Shown here: positions 61,101-64,000 of the stretch, piece after piece
Layout of the letters: every line of letters begins with the position of its first letter
Position numbering within the stretch: position 1 is the first letter of the stretch
Assembly: GCA_963765075.1 (NCBI GenBank)
Contig: CAVXVA010000008.1
Coordinates: forward strand, 773,078 to 837,077
DNA from: an uncultured Acidimicrobiia bacterium
Lineage (GTDB): Bacteria; Actinomycetota; Acidimicrobiia; IMCC26256; JAENVU01
Direction: 5' to 3'
Length of the DNA: 64,000 nt
The notes under the pieces: generated by a model
Told to the model about the DNA's origin: nothing
Seen by the model: only the letters and a program-made list of their open reading frames with translations
Database searches by the model: none
Program-made: the position numbers and the translations under genes

Positions 61101-61111
61101 GGCCCACTCAA
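58102..61111 (-). pseudogene. HAD-phosphatase-like / GH65 glycoside hydrolase-phosphorylase fusion (OtsB1-like architecture), single frameshift at ~60760-60770
   Basis: The N-terminus is in ORF 60515..61111 (FEALIFDWDGTAV, the DxDxT HAD motif, ...EDLALDTAAAA). The continuation VDALTARGLRTEIVSQRLNRRKIDLIPEP... and the whole GH65 body are in ORF 58102..60939 (GLTGTAYRGHVFWDADVF, FPWESA, PDEYHEGVDDNAFTN, IKQADVLML). Confidence 0.75.
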
Positions 61112-61237
61112 CGAACCGCTCCGCGAGCGCCAGGGTGCGCCATCGCGTACTCCTCTCGATTCAGACCGCGAATCCGGACAGTCTGGGGAGTCGCGGGCGA
61201 GCTGACCAGGGCGGAAGGTCCCGTCGCCGTGACCGGC

Positions 61238-61696
61238 TCACCGCTCGAGCGCCGCCGCGAGGCGTTCCAGGGTGCCGCTCATGGTCTGGCGGTTGCGGGC
61301 CTCGCGGTCGTCGATGCCGGACGTCTGCTTGCTGAACTCCAGCGCGGATTCCGGTCGGAGGTCTTCGCTCCACTCGGTGACCCGGCAGCCCGTCGCGGTC
61401 GGTTCGATGCGGTAGCCCCAGGTCGAGAAGTGGAAGTCCATCATCGAGCATTCGAACGCGAACGCCCGGCCGGGGTCAGCCTCGGTCACCTTCCCCTGGG
61501 TGGTCCATTCGTGCTCGCCGTTGCGGTTCTGGCCGTCGAAGGTCGCTCCGATGGCGGGGCCGTCGACCCCGTCGTGCCACTCGCAGGTGTGGCACTCCTC
61601 GGACCACTCGCCCATGCGGGTCACGTCCGAGATGGCGGCGTACACCGCCTCGGGGGATGCGGCAATGTCACGGGAAATCTCGATACGGGGGGTCAT
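61238..61696 (-). CDS. SRPBCC (START/polyketide-cyclase-like) family protein
   Basis: 152 aa. The N-terminus IEISRDIAASPEAVYAAISDVTRMGEWS is typical of SRPBCC. Confidence 0.8.
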   Translation of the reverse strand: MTPRIEISRDIAASPEAVYAAISDVTRMGEWSEECHTCEWHDGVDGPAIGATFDGQNRNGEHEWTTQGKVTEADPGRAFAFECSMMDFHFSTWGYRIEPTATGCRVTEWSEDLRPESALEFSKQTSGIDDREARNRQTMSGTLERLAAALER

Positions 61697-61850
61697 GGCT
61701 GCGATTCCATCACACCAGCGGAACTCGCGTTGGGCCGCACGGAAGGATTCCGACCGGAACGGGGCGCGTACATTGGTTCATGACCGATTCCGGGTTAGGA
61801 CACGGTGCTCGAACCGCGCTTGGTGGCCGGCTCGTGGTGCTTGGAACCCG

Positions 61851-62354
61851 GTGACCCCGCTCGACGCTACGGGCGTGCGGCTGGCGCGCACCGACGACTG
61901 GGCGGCGGTCGTCGCGTTGAACAACGCGGAGGTTCCGCAGGTCGGGCCATTGCACGCCGAGGATCGAGAGTGGTTCCTCGGCGCGGCTTCGGTGAACGTC
62001 GTCGAACGGGACGGCGACCTCGTCGGGCTGCTGGTGCTCATGGCGGATGGCTCGGACTACGCGAGCCCGAACTACGGATGGTTCGCGGCGCGCTATCCGA
62101 CGTTCGCCTACGTGGACCGCATCGTCGTCCGGGCCGACGCCGGCGGGGCCGGAATCGGCCGCCAGTTGTATGAGCACGCCGTGGGCTGGGCCCGGGCCGA
62201 GGCGAAGCCGGTGCTGACTGCCGAGGTGAATGTCGAGCCGCCCAACGAGCGGTCGCTGGCGTTTCATCGAGCGTTCGGGTTCGTGGAAGTGGGCCGGTTT
62301 CACGACTCGCGCTACGCCGCGCTCACCGTCGCGATGTTCGCGCTCGACGTCTGA
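61851..62354 (+). CDS. GNAT family N-acetyltransferase
   Basis: Probable GTG start at 61851; the upstream part of ORF 61500..62354 is antisense to SRPBCC. The acetyl-CoA motif is RIVVRADAGGAGIGRQLYEH, followed by AFHRAFGF. Confidence 0.75.
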   Translation: MTPLDATGVRLARTDDWAAVVALNNAEVPQVGPLHAEDREWFLGAASVNVVERDGDLVGLLVLMADGSDYASPNYGWFAARYPTFAYVDRIVVRADAGGAGIGRQLYEHAVGWARAEAKPVLTAEVNVEPPNERSLAFHRAFGFVEVGRFHDSRYAALTVAMFALDV

Positions 62355-62372
62355 CCGCCGGCATGGCCGTCG

Positions 62373-63530
62373 TCAGCGCATCGAACGGAACGCGGTCCGG
62401 ATCTCGGTGACGAAACGTTCGGGTTGTTCGAACGCGGCGAAGTGGCCGCCGCGGTCGACCTCGTTGAAATGGCGCAAGTCAGTGAAGCGAGTCTCGGCCC
62501 ATCGGCGCGAGCACCGGAAGATCTCGTGCGGGAACACCGAGATCGCGCTCGGGACTCCGATCGGGCTGAAGTCGATGTCGGAGAAGGACTCCCAGTACAG
62601 CCGGGCCGACGACGCGGCCGAGTTGGTGAGCCAATAGACCATGACGTTGTCGAGCAACTCGTCGGCGGTGAGGACTGAGAGCGGGTCTCCGTCGCAGTCC
62701 ATCCAGGACCAGAACTTCTCGACGATCCACGCCATCTGACCCACGGGTGAATCGGCCAATCCGTACCCGAGTGTCTGCGGGCGGGTCGCCTGTTGGGTCG
62801 AGTAGCCGTTGTCCTGGGTCATGTAGTGCTGGAGCCCGGCGACGGCCGACTGCTCGATCGGCGTCATCTCCTCCGGCGGAGTGGATGGAATGACGATGGG
62901 CATGTTGGTGTGGACACCCACGAGGTGGTCGGTGTGATGCGCGCCGATCCGCAGGGTCACCATGGAACCCCAGTCGCCGCCCTGCGCGGCGAAACGGTCG
63001 TAACCGAGTCGCAGCATGAGCTGCTCCCACGCCGCGGCCACCCGGCCGACTCCCCAGCCGGGCGTGTCCGGCTGGTCCGACCAGCCGTACCCGGGGAGGG
63101 AGGGGATCACGAGGTCGAACGCGTCGTTCGCGTCGCCGCCGTGCGCAACGGGATCCGTCAGCGGGCCGATCACCTTCAGGAACTCCACGACCGAGCCCGG
63201 CCAGCCGTGCGTCATGATGACGGGCAGGGCGTTGGTTTCGGGCGACCGCACGTGGAGAAAGTGAACACCGAGTCCGTCGATGTCGGTGCGGAACTGGGGG
63301 AGCGCGTTGAGCCGCGATTCCACGCGCCGGCCGTCGTATGCCGTGCCCCAGTACTCGGCCAGGCGCTGCGCGAACTGGCGAGGCATGCCCTGGCTCCACG
63401 GCGCGTCGGTTCCGACGACGGTTTCCTCATCGGGCCAGCGAGTCAGACGCAGCCGGGCGGCGAGGTCGTCGAGCTGGTCCTGGGCGATGGCCACAGTGAA
63501 CGGTCTGATGTCGTCGGTCATGCAGTGCAC
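62373..63530 (-). CDS. epoxide hydrolase (EHN N-terminal domain + alpha/beta hydrolase)
   Basis: Motifs IRPFTVAIAQDQLDDLAARLRLTRWP, the oxyanion HGWPGS, the nucleophile GGDWGS and the C-terminal GGHFAAFEQPE are present. Confidence 0.85.
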   Translation of the reverse strand: MHCMTDDIRPFTVAIAQDQLDDLAARLRLTRWPDEETVVGTDAPWSQGMPRQFAQRLAEYWGTAYDGRRVESRLNALPQFRTDIDGLGVHFLHVRSPETNALPVIMTHGWPGSVVEFLKVIGPLTDPVAHGGDANDAFDLVIPSLPGYGWSDQPDTPGWGVGRVAAAWEQLMLRLGYDRFAAQGGDWGSMVTLRIGAHHTDHLVGVHTNMPIVIPSTPPEEMTPIEQSAVAGLQHYMTQDNGYSTQQATRPQTLGYGLADSPVGQMAWIVEKFWSWMDCDGDPLSVLTADELLDNVMVYWLTNSAASSARLYWESFSDIDFSPIGVPSAISVFPHEIFRCSRRWAETRFTDLRHFNEVDRGGHFAAFEQPERFVTEIRTAFRSMR

Positions 63531-63599
63531 GGTAGATCGTGGTGACGAACCGGCTGCGAGAACGCCGGGAATCGGTGGACCCGGCGGTGCGGGATCTAA

Positions 63600-64000
<401 letters not shown>

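Overview
This is a high-GC (about 70%) actinobacterial-type chromosomal segment. It is densely coding, with about 58 protein genes and one initiator tRNA-Met. I saw no rRNA, CRISPR array, transposase or integrase. All functional calls come from motifs read by eye in the ORF track and in my own reverse-strand translations; no database search was run. Many long listed ORFs are GC-rich antisense or out-of-frame shadows and were discarded.

Most of the window is ordinary accessory metabolism: amidohydrolases, esterases, a GH5, a galactose-oxidase-like enzyme, transporters and a K+ channel. One coherent system stands out at 39.9-49.7 kb, a cytosolic group-3b-like (sulfhydrogenase/Hyh-type) [NiFe]-hydrogenase operon. 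Its order is beta, an embedded cNMP-binding-domain-only ORF, gamma, small subunit, large subunit, a maturation endopeptidase continuous in-frame with HypF, then HypC, HypD and HypE. No hypA or hypB is present in the window.

The operon is followed by a stress/dormancy-flavoured neighbourhood: GGDEF-EAL coupled to DUF5317, an Hsp20 C-terminal remnant, GT4 plus a glycogen-debranching-type enzyme, a tandem USP, and a HAD-GH65 OtsB1-like fusion.

The most striking sequence-level observation is that roughly one gene in five is frame-disrupted. There are isolated 1-nt indels in at least 7 otherwise intact genes. There are also two sharply bounded blocks saturated with indels: a hisA/priA-like gene at 2.66-3.45 kb, and a PLDc_N/SHOCT plus MFS gene pair at 28.7-30.8 kb. 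From one sequence I cannot tell assembly error from real gene decay.

Also notable is a decapeptide-repeat protein translationally coupled to an RDD membrane protein and followed by DUF2252.
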